Source: Clostridia bacterium (lineage in GTDB: Bacteria; Bacillota; Clostridia; Christensenellales; UBA3700). Taken from it: a DNA stretch of 64,000 nucleotides. The stretch is from assembly GCA_029061605.1 (NCBI GenBank), contig JAIDRT010000028.1:812-64811 (forward strand), read 5' to 3'. Within the stretch, counting starts at the first letter, position 1, and each line of letters starts with the position of its first letter. Shown here in pieces: positions 9,928-20,049 of the stretch. A program made the translations under genes and the position numbers. The notes beneath the pieces are model-generated. The model did not search any database. It saw only the letters and a list, made by a program, of their open reading frames with translations, and was not told the DNA's origin.

Positions 9928-10311
9928 GTGGCGGAACCGAGGCAGAGTTTTGAAGAGAGAATCAATGAGATTGACGAAGCGAGTATGGAGTATTACAATA
10001 GGCTTCAGGCGCGATTTCTTTCTTACAAAGGAGTAAAAAGCAGATTGAGTCTAAGATGCGACAGTTACAGAGCAGGGAAAAAACTGTTGGCAAAGATCAC
10101 AATCGGAGGAAATTCGCTCAAAATCTACCTTGCTATAGACGCCTCTCAAGAAGAGATCGCTCAAAAGAAGATTAGATTTAGAGATATGTCTAAGTCTTCG
10201 GCATACAGAGAAGTGCCGGCAATGATTCCCATCAAATCAGAGTTGTGCGCTCGAAAGGTTTGCGATATCATAGATATTATGATGACAAAAAGAGGTTTTG
10301 ACAAAGTTTGA
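9928..10311 (+). CDS. Hypothetical protein (127 aa from the GTG start)
   Basis: GTG 9928 is preceded by GGGAGG at 7-nt spacing, and the promoter overlaps the longer listed ORF start. I recognised no domain. Confidence 0.65.
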   Translation: MAEPRQSFEERINEIDEASMEYYNRLQARFLSYKGVKSRLSLRCDSYRAGKKLLAKITIGGNSLKIYLAIDASQEEIAQKKIRFRDMSKSSAYREVPAMIPIKSELCARKVCDIIDIMMTKRGFDKV

Positions 10312-10330
10312 TGTTTTATACTTAAATAAT

Positions 10331-10363
10331 ATGACCGTTGTCGATTTGATAGCGGTTATTTTT
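10331..10363 (+). terminator. Probable intrinsic terminator
   Basis: Stem 10331-10339 / 10351-10359 (includes two G-T pairs), 11-nt loop, followed by TTTT. Confidence 0.5.
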
Positions 10364-10550
10364 ATGTGATACGGTAAATGAGAAAGAAATAATTGCTATC
10401 TTACATTTGAATAATTAAAGATTTATTAAAAAAATCTTTGGTTTTTGCAATTTTTTTTGTAAAACATATTGATTTTAATGCGCTTTATACAATATAATAT
10501 ATTTAAGATACTCTCAGATATTTTTCAAAAGGTATTTGAAAGGGGGGATT

Positions 10551-11897
10551 ATGGAAGAACAAACAAACGAGGTTTTGAACGAACAACCAATTGCTACAGA
10601 AAATCCTGAAGTAGTTGCTCCAAGCGAGCAAGTTGAATTGACAGATAAGCCGCAAGAAGACGTTGTGCAGTCTGATACGGCTCAACCGCAGGAGATGCCT
10701 GCGACTGAGCAACCTGCAGTTCAAAACTCAGATACTCAAGTTGAAGAGGCTCAGCAAGACAAGAAGAAAAAGAAAGGCAAGAAAAAAGATAAAAAGTCTG
10801 ACGCAGTGACTGATAAGCCCGAAAAACCCAAGAAAGAGAAAAAGGTGGGCGCGTACGTTGTGTCGCTTTTTAAATATTTCAATATTATCACGCTGTTGCC
10901 TTTTGCGTTGCTGATGTATGCTATATTCTTTTCTTCATACATAGTTGACAAAGGGGAATTGTTCAAATCCAATCTTGTTTGGATATGCGTCATACTCGGC
11001 ATTGCCGCTGCGATAATGATAGCGTGGTTTGTCGTTACGTTTAAAAAGAGAAGAGTATGCTCATTTGACGCATTTTTATTGATGGCGCTGATGATATGCG
11101 TAAGTATGATAGCGCAGTGTATTATATTCAAGAATTTTGCTTCGTTTGACGGCATATCCATTGCAACGCTTGCCGCGACGGTGGCAGTACTTGCGTTACT
11201 CACAGTACGTTTGATTATGTTCAGTCCCAGCGTACAGCGTAATCACAATGACAAATCATACAAAGCAAAGAACAAACTTTCTATGTATTTCAAGGTTATA
11301 TTTACAAAATACGGTTTCTTTATCTCTATGCTTTGCGTAATAGGCGCTTTGTTGATACTCATAATCAGCAAGTCAAATATCTTTGAAGATTTTGAATTTG
11401 TTGCTACGCAGACAGAAAAGATCGTGACTATGGTATTTGCGGCATTGGCGGCAATACTTATGATAGTCGGCATTTTCATAAGGATCGTCAGAGGCAGGGC
11501 CAACGTCATTGACTGTATGCCTTATATGATGTTTATGGTTACGATAGGCGGTTTGATCTACTTCATTACGAGACAAACTTATATGATACTGTATATCGCG
11601 ATTGGTTGCGCGGTGGTTGGCGCGGTATGGCTAGTGCTTTGCCAATATACGTTGCTTATGTCCAATTACAAGCAGGCAGAGCAGGCTGAAGGCGTTGTTG
11701 ATGCAGTAGTTGATACTACACCTCCTCCGGAGGAGCCGATTGAGCAAACTCAACCGACGGCTGACACCGTCTTGCGAGCCGAGCCGCAACCCATAGTAGA
11801 GACTGCTCAAGCAGTAGATACGCCTACGACGGACGCTCCGCCTACAGAAGAAACTCCTACGGCAGACTCAACGCCAGCGGCAGATACTCAAGCGTAA
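10551..11897 (+). CDS. Polytopic membrane protein with low-complexity termini, unknown function
   Basis: ATG 10551 is preceded by AGGGGGG. The N-terminal ~100 aa are acidic/Pro-rich and end in a poly-Lys tract. About 8 hydrophobic helices follow, then a Pro/Thr/Ala/Glu-rich C-terminal tail. Confidence 0.8.
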   Translation: MEEQTNEVLNEQPIATENPEVVAPSEQVELTDKPQEDVVQSDTAQPQEMPATEQPAVQNSDTQVEEAQQDKKKKKGKKKDKKSDAVTDKPEKPKKEKKVGAYVVSLFKYFNIITLLPFALLMYAIFFSSYIVDKGELFKSNLVWICVILGIAAAIMIAWFVVTFKKRRVCSFDAFLLMALMICVSMIAQCIIFKNFASFDGISIATLAATVAVLALLTVRLIMFSPSVQRNHNDKSYKAKNKLSMYFKVIFTKYGFFISMLCVIGALLILIISKSNIFEDFEFVATQTEKIVTMVFAALAAILMIVGIFIRIVRGRANVIDCMPYMMFMVTIGGLIYFITRQTYMILYIAIGCAVVGAVWLVLCQYTLLMSNYKQAEQAEGVVDAVVDTTPPPEEPIEQTQPTADTVLRAEPQPIVETAQAVDTPTTDAPPTEETPTADSTPAADTQA

Positions 11898-11916
11898 CAA
11901 AATCTAATTTTGATAC

Positions 11917-11953
11917 AAAAAAGGTACGGAAATTAAATATCCGTACCTTTTTT
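11917..11953. terminator. Bidirectional intrinsic terminator between convergent genes
   Basis: GGTACGG (11923-11929) pairs with CCGTACC (11941-11947). Flanked by an A-run upstream and TTTTTT downstream. Confidence 0.8.
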
Positions 11954-11966
11954 ATGCAATTTATTA

Positions 11967-12842
11967 TTATAAAATCAATGACGTTTCGTCAAAATCGGGG
12001 ATAAAATCTTCAGTTGCGCTGTCAAGGCTTTGAACAAAGGTGTTGTCTAGACCCAATTTCAAAGCGTATTGCGTTGCGATTTTATATTCTAGCGGTTTGA
12101 GTTTTCTGTTTATCTCAGGGAATTTATGAGCATTGCCCACAGGTACGTACTGTCCCATAAGAGATACGTAGGTATCTTTGGGCATATTGTTTGCTATCCA
12201 ATCTAGGACGCCTTTTGTATTGTCAATGGCGTTGGGCAAGACAAGATGTCGTATTATCATACCTTTCTTCATTAAGCCGGTTTCAATGATATCTATAGGG
12301 CTAAGTTGTCGCATTTTAAGCAAAGCGTCAGTACATACTTGGAAGTAGTCTTTGCAATTGCTGTACTTTATCGCAAGGGCATTGTCGCTATACTTGAAGT
12401 CGGGAATAAAAATATCCACTACGTCTTTCAGTCTTTCCAGCGTGTCAAGACTTTCATAGCCTCCGCAATTATACGCAACAGGTATTCTCGGTTTATAGAT
12501 TTCGCAAGCCTTAATGATATCGTCCGCAAAATGCGTTGGCGTGACCAAATTGATATTGTGAGCCTCAAGGTCTTCAAGTTTTTTGAATATATCCGCAAGA
12601 CTGCTTGGCGTCATATCTTTGCCCTTGCCGCGAGATACCTCAAAATTTTGACAGTATACGCACTTGAGATTGCATCCGCTGAAGAATATAGTTCCGCTGC
12701 CTTTGTCGCCGGATATAATGGGTTCTTCCCACTTATGCAGAGATGCTCTTGCAATCTTGAGCGAGCCTTGATTGCAATATCCTCGCGATACGTTTCTGTC
12801 AACAGAGCATTTTCTTGGACAAAGTAAGCATAGATTTTCCAT
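11967..12842 (-). CDS. Radical SAM protein (PflX / pyruvate formate-lyase activase-like, COG1313-type)
   Basis: 291 aa with the CNLKCVYCQN radical-SAM cluster motif and an N-terminal Cys-rich segment. Confidence 0.8.
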   Translation of the reverse strand: MENLCLLCPRKCSVDRNVSRGYCNQGSLKIARASLHKWEEPIISGDKGSGTIFFSGCNLKCVYCQNFEVSRGKGKDMTPSSLADIFKKLEDLEAHNINLVTPTHFADDIIKACEIYKPRIPVAYNCGGYESLDTLERLKDVVDIFIPDFKYSDNALAIKYSNCKDYFQVCTDALLKMRQLSPIDIIETGLMKKGMIIRHLVLPNAIDNTKGVLDWIANNMPKDTYVSLMGQYVPVGNAHKFPEINRKLKPLEYKIATQYALKLGLDNTFVQSLDSATEDFIPDFDETSLIL

Positions 12843-12903
12843 ACCACAAGTTTAACTCATTGCCTAGCATAAGTCAAGCAGGATTAAATTTCATAAACAC
12901 GTT

Positions 12904-13035
12904 CTAATACGGCTTTCCGTTGCCGTCCGCCTCGTCCTTGAGCGCCATTTTCATATTAGCCTCGTCTATCGAGCGCATCTTGACTCTTTGATTTGATTTT
13001 TGTTGTTTACTTGTTTTTTTTGATTGTTTTTTCAT
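12904..13035 (-). CDS. Candidate small basic protein (43 aa), below the ORF-track cutoff
   Basis: ATG at 13035 is preceded by GGAGGG at 5-nt spacing. Translation: MKKQSKKTSKQQKSNQRVKMRSIDEANMKMALKDEADGNGKPY. Stop TAG = 12904-12906. Confidence 0.4.
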   Translation of the reverse strand: MKKQSKKTSKQQKSNQRVKMRSIDEANMKMALKDEADGNGKPY

Positions 13036-13136
13036 AATTCCCTCCAAATAAATTATTACTTATTTATTCGTACTTAAACTTGCCGTTTGACATTGTGATG
13101 ATTATGCTTTAAAATATTTACGTACAAAGGAGTATT

Positions 13137-14492
13137 ATGCAGGTAGGCGATATATTGACAGTTGACATCACTTCAGTGGGTATGGACGGCGAAGGCGTTG
13201 CTAAAGTTGACGGCGTTGTCGTGTTTGTGTCAGGCACGTTGGTTGGCGAAACCGCCAAAGTGCAGATTACTCAAGTCAAGAAGTCATTTTGTTTTGCAAA
13301 GGTTATCAAGATTCTCATTGCAAGCAGCGACAGAGCAGAGCCTCCGTGCAAGATATGCTTTAAGTGCGGCGGTTGCGAGATGTTGCACATCAACTATTCA
13401 AAGCAGTTGGATATCAAGCGACTTCACGTCAAGAATTGTTTAGAAAGAGAGTGCAAGCGAGAATTTTCAATAGATATGACGGTGGCAAGTCCTCATCAGA
13501 TAGGCTATCGCAACAAGATCCAAGTCCCTATATCCTATCAAGACGGCAAATTAGTAGGCGGATATTTTGTTTCCAATTCTCACAAAGTAGTGCCGTTTTG
13601 CAGGCAAGGAGAGAGTGGACGTTGTCTTCTCAACAGCGACGGTATGCAGGCTATATTGGACGCGTTTTTAGATTATATGAAAGAAGAGGGGCTCACGGCT
13701 TACGATGAGGCTAGGCATATTGGATTGGTTAGACACCTTGTGATTCGCAAAGTCGACGGCAAGTATGCTATATGCGTTGTACTCAACGGCAATGGATTAC
13801 CCAAAAGCAATAGACTTATCTCTATTTTGAATACGCTTGGAATAGAGTTTTCTCTATATATTTCTCCCAATACTCGCCGTACCAACGTTATTTTGGGCGA
13901 AAAAGTCGTCACTCTTTACGGCGACGACGCATTGCAAGGCAAAGCGCTGGGCGTAAAATATCTGGTGTCTCCTCAATCGTTTATGCAAATCAACGACGAC
14001 GTCAGAGATATGATTTATTCCCGAGTAGGCGAGATAATAAAGGACAGCGGAATATCCAACGTAATTGACGCTTACAGCGGCATAGGTATTATGAGCAATA
14101 TATTTGCAAAATACGCAGACAAGGTCTACGCAATAGAAATAGTGCCGCAGGCAATTGCCAACTCCAAGGTTTTGGCAGAACTCAACGGCAACGCTGACAG
14201 AATAATCAATATCTGCGGAGATTGCGCTCAAGAACTCCCAAAGGTCGTATCACGACTTGACAAGTCTATCGTTGTGCTTGACCCGCCTCGCAAGGGGTGC
14301 GACGGAGCAGTCTTAAAAGCGCTTTTGTCGGCAATGCCAAATCAAATCATTTATGTATCTTGCAATCCTGCCACTTTGGCAAGAGACGTCAATATCCTTC
14401 TTGAAAAGTATGAGCCTGTTTCAATCACGCCCTATGATATGTTTCCAAATACAAAACACGTAGAGACATTGGCTTGTTTAAAACTTAGATAG
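13137..14492 (+). CDS. rlmD: 23S rRNA (uracil-5-)-methyltransferase RlmD/RumA family (TRAM domain + 4-Cys cluster + SAM MTase)
   Basis: 451 aa. N-terminal TRAM-like beta domain, CKICFKCGGC cluster, C-terminal VVLDPPRKG and YVSCNPATLARD motifs. Confidence 0.9.
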   Translation: MQVGDILTVDITSVGMDGEGVAKVDGVVVFVSGTLVGETAKVQITQVKKSFCFAKVIKILIASSDRAEPPCKICFKCGGCEMLHINYSKQLDIKRLHVKNCLERECKREFSIDMTVASPHQIGYRNKIQVPISYQDGKLVGGYFVSNSHKVVPFCRQGESGRCLLNSDGMQAILDAFLDYMKEEGLTAYDEARHIGLVRHLVIRKVDGKYAICVVLNGNGLPKSNRLISILNTLGIEFSLYISPNTRRTNVILGEKVVTLYGDDALQGKALGVKYLVSPQSFMQINDDVRDMIYSRVGEIIKDSGISNVIDAYSGIGIMSNIFAKYADKVYAIEIVPQAIANSKVLAELNGNADRIINICGDCAQELPKVVSRLDKSIVVLDPPRKGCDGAVLKALLSAMPNQIIYVSCNPATLARDVNILLEKYEPVSITPYDMFPNTKHVETLACLKLR

Positions 14493-14510
14493 ATTAAAAA
14501 GTTTTTAATT

Positions 14511-14548
14511 GCGCTTACGTTCCAAAATGGAAGTAAGCGCTTTTTTTT
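14511..14548 (+). terminator. Intrinsic terminator after rlmD
   Basis: GCGCTTAC ... GTAAGCGC hairpin (14511-14540) followed by T8. Confidence 0.85.
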
Positions 14549-14585
14549 CGCTTAAAAAAATTTTCAAATTAATGACTTCAATTCA

Positions 14586-14615
14586 TTGACTTAAAGTCAT
14601 TGAAGGTGCTATAAT
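14586..14615 (+). promoter_or_regulatory. Promoter with overlapping palindromic operator, probably the TetR autoregulation site
   Basis: TTGACT (14586-14591), 18 nt, TATAAT (14610-14615). Palindrome TGACTT-A-AAGTCA at 14587-14599, with related half-sites ATGACTTCAAT / ATTGAAG flanking it. Confidence 0.55.
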
Positions 14616-14647
14616 CTGGTTACAATACCAATTTTGGAGTATAAAAA

Positions 14648-15259
14648 ATGACAAATAGGCAGAAGGCTGCGCAAGAAACAAGACAAAAAATAGTAGCGGC
14701 GGCTAAAAAGTTAATATGCGAAAAAGGGTTAGCGAACACGTCTATTGATGATATTACTGAAACGTGCGGGGTTGCAAAAGGCTCTTTTTATACCTATTTT
14801 AAACGCAAAGAAGACATAGTCTTTGAATTGAGTCGCGGAATGTTTGACGAAATACTGGACGATGCAAAAAATCATAATGGAACTTTTTTGGACAAACTGC
14901 AAAAGTATATGACAGAATTTGCAAGTTATATTGAAAAATCCAGTGTTAAACTTGCGCAGGAGTGGATAAAGAACGTTGTTGTTCCTGATTCAATACCAGT
15001 CGGATATGAAAATAATAAACTTGAAATAGATATAAATAACGCAACCAAGTTATTGCAATACGGCATAGAGGTTGGCGAATTGAAAAGCAATTGCCCAATC
15101 ACACAACTTGCATATATGATCACAGATTTATTATACGGACAAATGCTATGCTGGACAATGAGTGATGGGGCGTATAGTTATAAAGAAAGAACGCAAGAAT
15201 ATTGCGCAATGTTTTTGCATTTGATTTTTGAAGATTATTTAATTAATAAGGAGGCATAA
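14648..15259 (+). CDS. TetR/AcrR family transcriptional regulator
   Basis: 203 aa. N-terminal HTH: TSIDDITETCGVAKGSFYTYF. Confidence 0.9.
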   Translation: MTNRQKAAQETRQKIVAAAKKLICEKGLANTSIDDITETCGVAKGSFYTYFKRKEDIVFELSRGMFDEILDDAKNHNGTFLDKLQKYMTEFASYIEKSSVKLAQEWIKNVVVPDSIPVGYENNKLEIDINNATKLLQYGIEVGELKSNCPITQLAYMITDLLYGQMLCWTMSDGAYSYKERTQEYCAMFLHLIFEDYLINKEA

Positions 15260-15261
15260 TA

Positions 15262-16104
15262 ATGAAAAAAATCTTACTAAATAACGGAAATATGATGTCG
15301 GCTGTCGGTATCGGAACTTTTATGATTTCTCCCAAAGATGCAGAAATCTGCGTATGCGAGGCGTTGAAAATTGGTTATAGACTTGTTGATACCGCCAATG
15401 CTTACGTCAACGAAAGAGCGGTAGGACGGGCAATTAAAGCATCTGGAATAAAAAGAGAAGACATCTTCGTAAGCACGAAGATTTGGGCAACTGAATATCT
15501 CAATCCCAATGCTGTGGATCAGACTTTGGAAAGACTCGGGGTGGACTATATCGACCTCTTGTTTATACATCAGCCGAGTGAGCACTATATGGATGGTTAC
15601 AGAATGATAGAAAAAGCCGTAAGAGATGGCAAAGTTAAGTCAATCGGTATATCCAACTGCGAGGGCAAATATCTTGATGACATTTTGACAAATTGTGAGA
15701 TTAAACCTCAGGTTATGCAGGCAGAGGCGCACCCATATTTTACGCAAGCTGATCTTATGTCCCAACTCAATAAGCACGGCATTAAACTTATGAGTTGGTA
15801 TCCGCTTGGACACGGCGACAAAAGCCTTATCAACGAACCTATATTTGCGCAACTTGGTAAAAAATATGGCAAATCGCCTGCGCAGATAATACTTCGCTGG
15901 CATTTGGAAATGGGATTTTGCGTAATACCGGGAACTAGTAAAGTAAATCACGTGAAAGACAATTTTGATATTCAAGATTTTTCGCTTACTGCTGAAGATA
16001 TGGAGGAAATTGCAAAACTCAATAAAAATAAGAGATACTATTACCGCACTGACGAAATGCTCAAGACTTTTGCGTCAATGCGACCAACTTACGAAACTAA
16101 ATGA
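15262..16104 (+). CDS. Aldo/keto reductase
   Basis: 280 aa. Motifs YRLVDTANAY and DLLFIHQP. RBS AAGGAGG. Starts 3 nt after the TetR stop. Confidence 0.9.
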   Translation: MKKILLNNGNMMSAVGIGTFMISPKDAEICVCEALKIGYRLVDTANAYVNERAVGRAIKASGIKREDIFVSTKIWATEYLNPNAVDQTLERLGVDYIDLLFIHQPSEHYMDGYRMIEKAVRDGKVKSIGISNCEGKYLDDILTNCEIKPQVMQAEAHPYFTQADLMSQLNKHGIKLMSWYPLGHGDKSLINEPIFAQLGKKYGKSPAQIILRWHLEMGFCVIPGTSKVNHVKDNFDIQDFSLTAEDMEEIAKLNKNKRYYYRTDEMLKTFASMRPTYETK

Positions 16105-16142
16105 TAAAGATAATTTGTAAGCGCTTGTGGTACGCAAGCGCA

Positions 16143-17015
16143 TTACAAATTCTTTTGCAGATAGTTCAAAAGCAATTCGGAGGCTTTGGAAAAGACTTGA
16201 TACTTTTTCCAAGCAAAGACCAAGTCGGCTTTGATTTTTGGCTCAAAAGGGCGGAAGACCAAATTGCGTTCTGAAGTGTTTACCAATCCGTCAATCGCCA
16301 ATGCGTACCCCATACCTTCTTCGACCATAAGCGAAGCGTTGTACAAAAGGTTGTGAGTAGAGAGAATATTGAGTTTGGAAAAATCTTTGCCCAGCCAACC
16401 CGACAGTTCGTTGTTGGTAAGCGCTTGTCTTGAGCATAACAACGTAATATCTTCAAGATCTTTGGGGCGTATAGTTTCGCGATTGGCAAGCGGGGCGTCA
16501 TTGCGCATCAAAAGCCCCCAAGTATCGTATACCGGCAATTTGACGTAATCAAACTTATCAAGATTGGTATTGCCTACGAACAATCCAAAATCGACCAAGC
16601 CTTTTTCCAGTCTTTTGGATACGTCTTCGCCGTTGCCGCTGTATAAATGAAAGCGAATATCGGGGTGAGCGTCTGACAGTTTTTTCATTGCGCCAATGAT
16701 GACGCGCATACCTTGCGTTTCGCCGCAACCGATAAAAATATCGCCGGCAACCGTTTGGTCGACGGACTTAAACGACGCTTTCGTCTTGTCTGCCAAATCC
16801 ACGATTTCTTGCGCGCGCTGACGAAGGAAAGTGCCTTCTTCAGTCAAAGTTATCTTTCGTTTTCCTCGCTCAAATAACTTGCAACCCAGTTCCTCTTCCA
16901 AGTCCATCAGTTGCTTAGATAGAGTAGGTTGAGTGACGTGCAGACTTTCTGCCGCAGCAGTAATATTCTTCTCTCGCGCAACGGCAAGAAAGTATTTCAA
17001 TACGCGAAGTTCCAT
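16143..17015 (-). CDS. LysR family transcriptional regulator
   Basis: 290 aa. N-terminal MELRVLKYFLAVAREKNITAAAESLHVTQPTLSKQL HTH. Divergent from the hydrolase gene. Confidence 0.9.
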   Translation of the reverse strand: MELRVLKYFLAVAREKNITAAAESLHVTQPTLSKQLMDLEEELGCKLFERGKRKITLTEEGTFLRQRAQEIVDLADKTKASFKSVDQTVAGDIFIGCGETQGMRVIIGAMKKLSDAHPDIRFHLYSGNGEDVSKRLEKGLVDFGLFVGNTNLDKFDYVKLPVYDTWGLLMRNDAPLANRETIRPKDLEDITLLCSRQALTNNELSGWLGKDFSKLNILSTHNLLYNASLMVEEGMGYALAIDGLVNTSERNLVFRPFEPKIKADLVFAWKKYQVFSKASELLLNYLQKNL

Positions 17016-17167
17016 AGTTGACCGCCTATACGTTTTTAGATATTATATACTTTTTTTATTATTCTCGTCAACTATGGTAAACAATAGAAAATAAGTATTT
17101 GCTATCGATATTTTTTTATTTTAAAATATATTATGGGTATGCGCAATGCGCCTATGGAGGTAAAAAT

Positions 17168-18151
17168 ATGAAAAATGAGACTTTGAAATTGACTGAAGAA
17201 TGGGATAAGACTTTTTTAAAAAGCCAAAAGGTAAACCACGAAAAAATTACATTTCATAATCGTTACGGCATTACGCTTGCGGCAGATTTATATATTCCTA
17301 AGGATGCAAAAGGCAAACTTCCTGCGATTGCTGTCAGCGGTCCTTTTGGCGCGGTTAAGGAGCAGTGCTCAGGGCTATATGCGCAAACTATGGCTGAGCG
17401 CGGATTTTTGACAATTGCTTTTGACCCGTCTTTTACAGGCGAAAGCGGCGGACAGCCCAGATACGTTGCATCGCCGGATATCAATACCGAAGATTTTTGC
17501 GCGGCGGTAGATTATCTAAGTTGTCGAGAAGACGTAGACGCCGAAAAAATCGGTATTATAGGTATTTGCGGTTGGGGCGGTTTTGCTTTGAATGCGGCGG
17601 CAATAGATACGAGAGTCAAAGCCACTGTGGCGTCCACTATGTATGATATGACGAGAGTAAACGCCAAAGGCTATTTTGACGGAGCGGACAGCGAACAGGC
17701 GCGCTATGAGATGAAAAAGGCGCTCAACGCTCAACGCATTGTAGATTATAAAAACGGCTCTTATGAATTGGGCGGCGGCGTAGTAGATCCGCTTCCCGCC
17801 GACGCGCCGTTCTTTGTAAAAGATTATTACGATTACTACAAGACTTCAAGAGGATATCACGCGCGCTCTCTCAATTCCAACGGCGGTTGGAACAAGACTT
17901 CGTCGCTGTCGTTTATCAATATGCCCATACTTGCTTACAGCAGTGAGATAAAAAGCGCAGCGCTCTTAATGCACGGCGAAAAGGCGCACTCTTGTTATTT
18001 CAGCAAAGATGCGTTTAAGAATCTAAAGGGCGAAAATAAAGAATTGTTGATTATCCCCAATGCAGGTCACACTGATTTATACGATAGAGTCGACGTCATT
18101 CCTTTTGACAAACTTGAAGATTTCTTCAGAAGATATTTTGATGCAATATAA
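17168..18151 (+). CDS. Alpha/beta hydrolase fold protein
   Basis: ATG 17168 is preceded by GGAGG. Nucleophile-elbow-like GICGWGG. 327 aa. Confidence 0.8.
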   Translation: MKNETLKLTEEWDKTFLKSQKVNHEKITFHNRYGITLAADLYIPKDAKGKLPAIAVSGPFGAVKEQCSGLYAQTMAERGFLTIAFDPSFTGESGGQPRYVASPDINTEDFCAAVDYLSCREDVDAEKIGIIGICGWGGFALNAAAIDTRVKATVASTMYDMTRVNAKGYFDGADSEQARYEMKKALNAQRIVDYKNGSYELGGGVVDPLPADAPFFVKDYYDYYKTSRGYHARSLNSNGGWNKTSSLSFINMPILAYSSEIKSAALLMHGEKAHSCYFSKDAFKNLKGENKELLIIPNAGHTDLYDRVDVIPFDKLEDFFRRYFDAI

Positions 18152-18252
18152 TTAATTTGCTGTGTACGTGTTTTGAGAAACCTCATCTTGATTTGTTTTT
18201 CAAAATTTGTTATAATGACGCTGATAGTTAATTTAAATCGACGGAGGAGACA

Positions 18253-19158
18253 ATGTATAATCCACAACTTGCGACGTTCATATCAGTGGCGGAGAATGGC
18301 AGTTTTACGAAGGCGGCGGATGCTTTGTATATCACGCCTACCGCAGTGATGAAACAAATCAATACGCTTGAGGAGCGGCTTGGCGTTACGCTGTTTGCGC
18401 GTACTAATCACGGCTTGCAACTTACTGAGGCGGGAGAGAGTTTTTTGCAGGACGCAAGATATATCGTAGATTATTCTGACAAGGCAGTCAAAAAGGCGCA
18501 AGAGATAGACAATAAGGATAAATTGCAGTCTATTCGTGTCGGCACGTCTATAATGACGCCTGCCAAGTTTTTACTTGACGTCTGGTCGGATATACAAAAA
18601 TTCAATCAGCGTCTAAAAATTGAACTTATACCTTTTGACAATACGCCGATAAATTCTGTTGAGATACTCAAGAATCTTGGCAAGCATATTGACATAGTCG
18701 CAGGACTTTATGACGAGAGTTTTTTGGAAGAGCGAGGTTGCAAGGCGGCGCATTTATGCGATAAGCGACTGTCGTTTGCAATACCTGTCACTCATTCACT
18801 ATACAGCAAATCAGAAATAGTAATTGACGACTTAAAGGGCAAGAGCGTCTTTTTGATACGCAAGAATTGGAATGAGTATATTGACGAATTGCGAGAGGAT
18901 TTGATTGCAAGCGGCGTTGAGGTAAAAGACTTTGATATGTTCAACTTGGGAGCATTCAACAGAGCGGCGCAGGAGAACACGCCTATTATTACAGTCGACG
19001 GCTGGGAAGACGTGCATCCGCTCTTAAAAATAGTTCCTGCCAATTGGCGATACCGTATTCCTTTTGGGATTTTGTATTCGCCTACACCGTCAAAGCAAGT
19101 AAAAGAATTTATAAATATTTTAAAGGATATAAATATCGGCAGACGAGGAGGTATTTGA
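18253..19158 (+). CDS. LysR family transcriptional regulator
   Basis: 301 aa. HTH: FISVAENGSFTKAADALYITPTAVMKQI. The stop overlaps the next start (TGATG). Confidence 0.9.
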   Translation: MYNPQLATFISVAENGSFTKAADALYITPTAVMKQINTLEERLGVTLFARTNHGLQLTEAGESFLQDARYIVDYSDKAVKKAQEIDNKDKLQSIRVGTSIMTPAKFLLDVWSDIQKFNQRLKIELIPFDNTPINSVEILKNLGKHIDIVAGLYDESFLEERGCKAAHLCDKRLSFAIPVTHSLYSKSEIVIDDLKGKSVFLIRKNWNEYIDELREDLIASGVEVKDFDMFNLGAFNRAAQENTPIITVDGWEDVHPLLKIVPANWRYRIPFGILYSPTPSKQVKEFINILKDINIGRRGGI

Positions 19159-19919
19159 TGAAAAAGAAAATTATACAGACGGCAGGAAGGGCTTCGCTTG
19201 GTGAATTTGCGCCAGAATTTGCCCATTTTAACGACGATATTTTATTTGGCGAAAATTGGAACAACAAGGATATTGATATAAAGACGAGGTGCATTATCAC
19301 CGTCGTTTCTCTTATGTCGCAGGGTATTTGCGACAGTTCGCTCAAGCATCATTTGCAAAACGCAAAGAACAACGGAGTTACCAAAAAAGAAATCACAGCG
19401 GCTATTACGCATACCGCATTTTATGCAGGTTGGCCAAAGGGTTGGGCTACGTTCAATCTTGCAAAAGAGGTATGGGACGAACAGGCGTCTGCTTTTACCC
19501 CAAAAGACGAATATCAAAACTCAATCTTTTTCCCAATAGGCGCACCCAACGACGCGTACGCAAAATACTTTAAGGGGCAGAGTTATCTTGCGCCTATAAG
19601 CAAAGAACAGGTGTTTATTGCCAACGTAACTTTTGAGCCCAAGTGTCGCAACAATTGGCATATCCACAATGCAGATAAAGGCGGCGGACAAATTCTCGTA
19701 TGCGTAGGCGGCGAGGGATATTATCAAGAATGGGGTAAGCCTGCAATCAAAATGCAAGCGGGCGACGTCGTCAATATTCCCATTGGAGTCAAGCATTGGC
19801 ACGGCGCAGGGAAAGAGGGATGGTTTTCTCACCTTGCGATAGAAGTGCCTGCCGAAAACGCAAGTACGCAATGGCTTGAATGCGTGTCTGACGAAGAGTA
19901 CGATAAAGCGGTAGATTAG
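19158..19919 (+). CDS. Carboxymuconolactone decarboxylase-family domain fused to a cupin domain
   Basis: Start ATG 19158 (MKKKIIQTAG) is translationally coupled to the LysR stop. The N-terminal half is CMD-like (ITHTAFYAGWP). The C-terminal half is cupin-like (NWHIH...GVKHWHGA). Confidence 0.8.
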   Translation: MKKKIIQTAGRASLGEFAPEFAHFNDDILFGENWNNKDIDIKTRCIITVVSLMSQGICDSSLKHHLQNAKNNGVTKKEITAAITHTAFYAGWPKGWATFNLAKEVWDEQASAFTPKDEYQNSIFFPIGAPNDAYAKYFKGQSYLAPISKEQVFIANVTFEPKCRNNWHIHNADKGGGQILVCVGGEGYYQEWGKPAIKMQAGDVVNIPIGVKHWHGAGKEGWFSHLAIEVPAENASTQWLECVSDEEYDKAVD

Positions 19920-20049
19920 ATTCGTGCGATTTTAAATTTGCATATTTTGTATATACTTTTGGTTGATACGATAAACAAAGTTGAAATTCCCTTTTGGCTT
20001 TTGCGGTGTTATACTCATTTTGTAAAGAAAATGTTTTGGAGGTTTTTCA

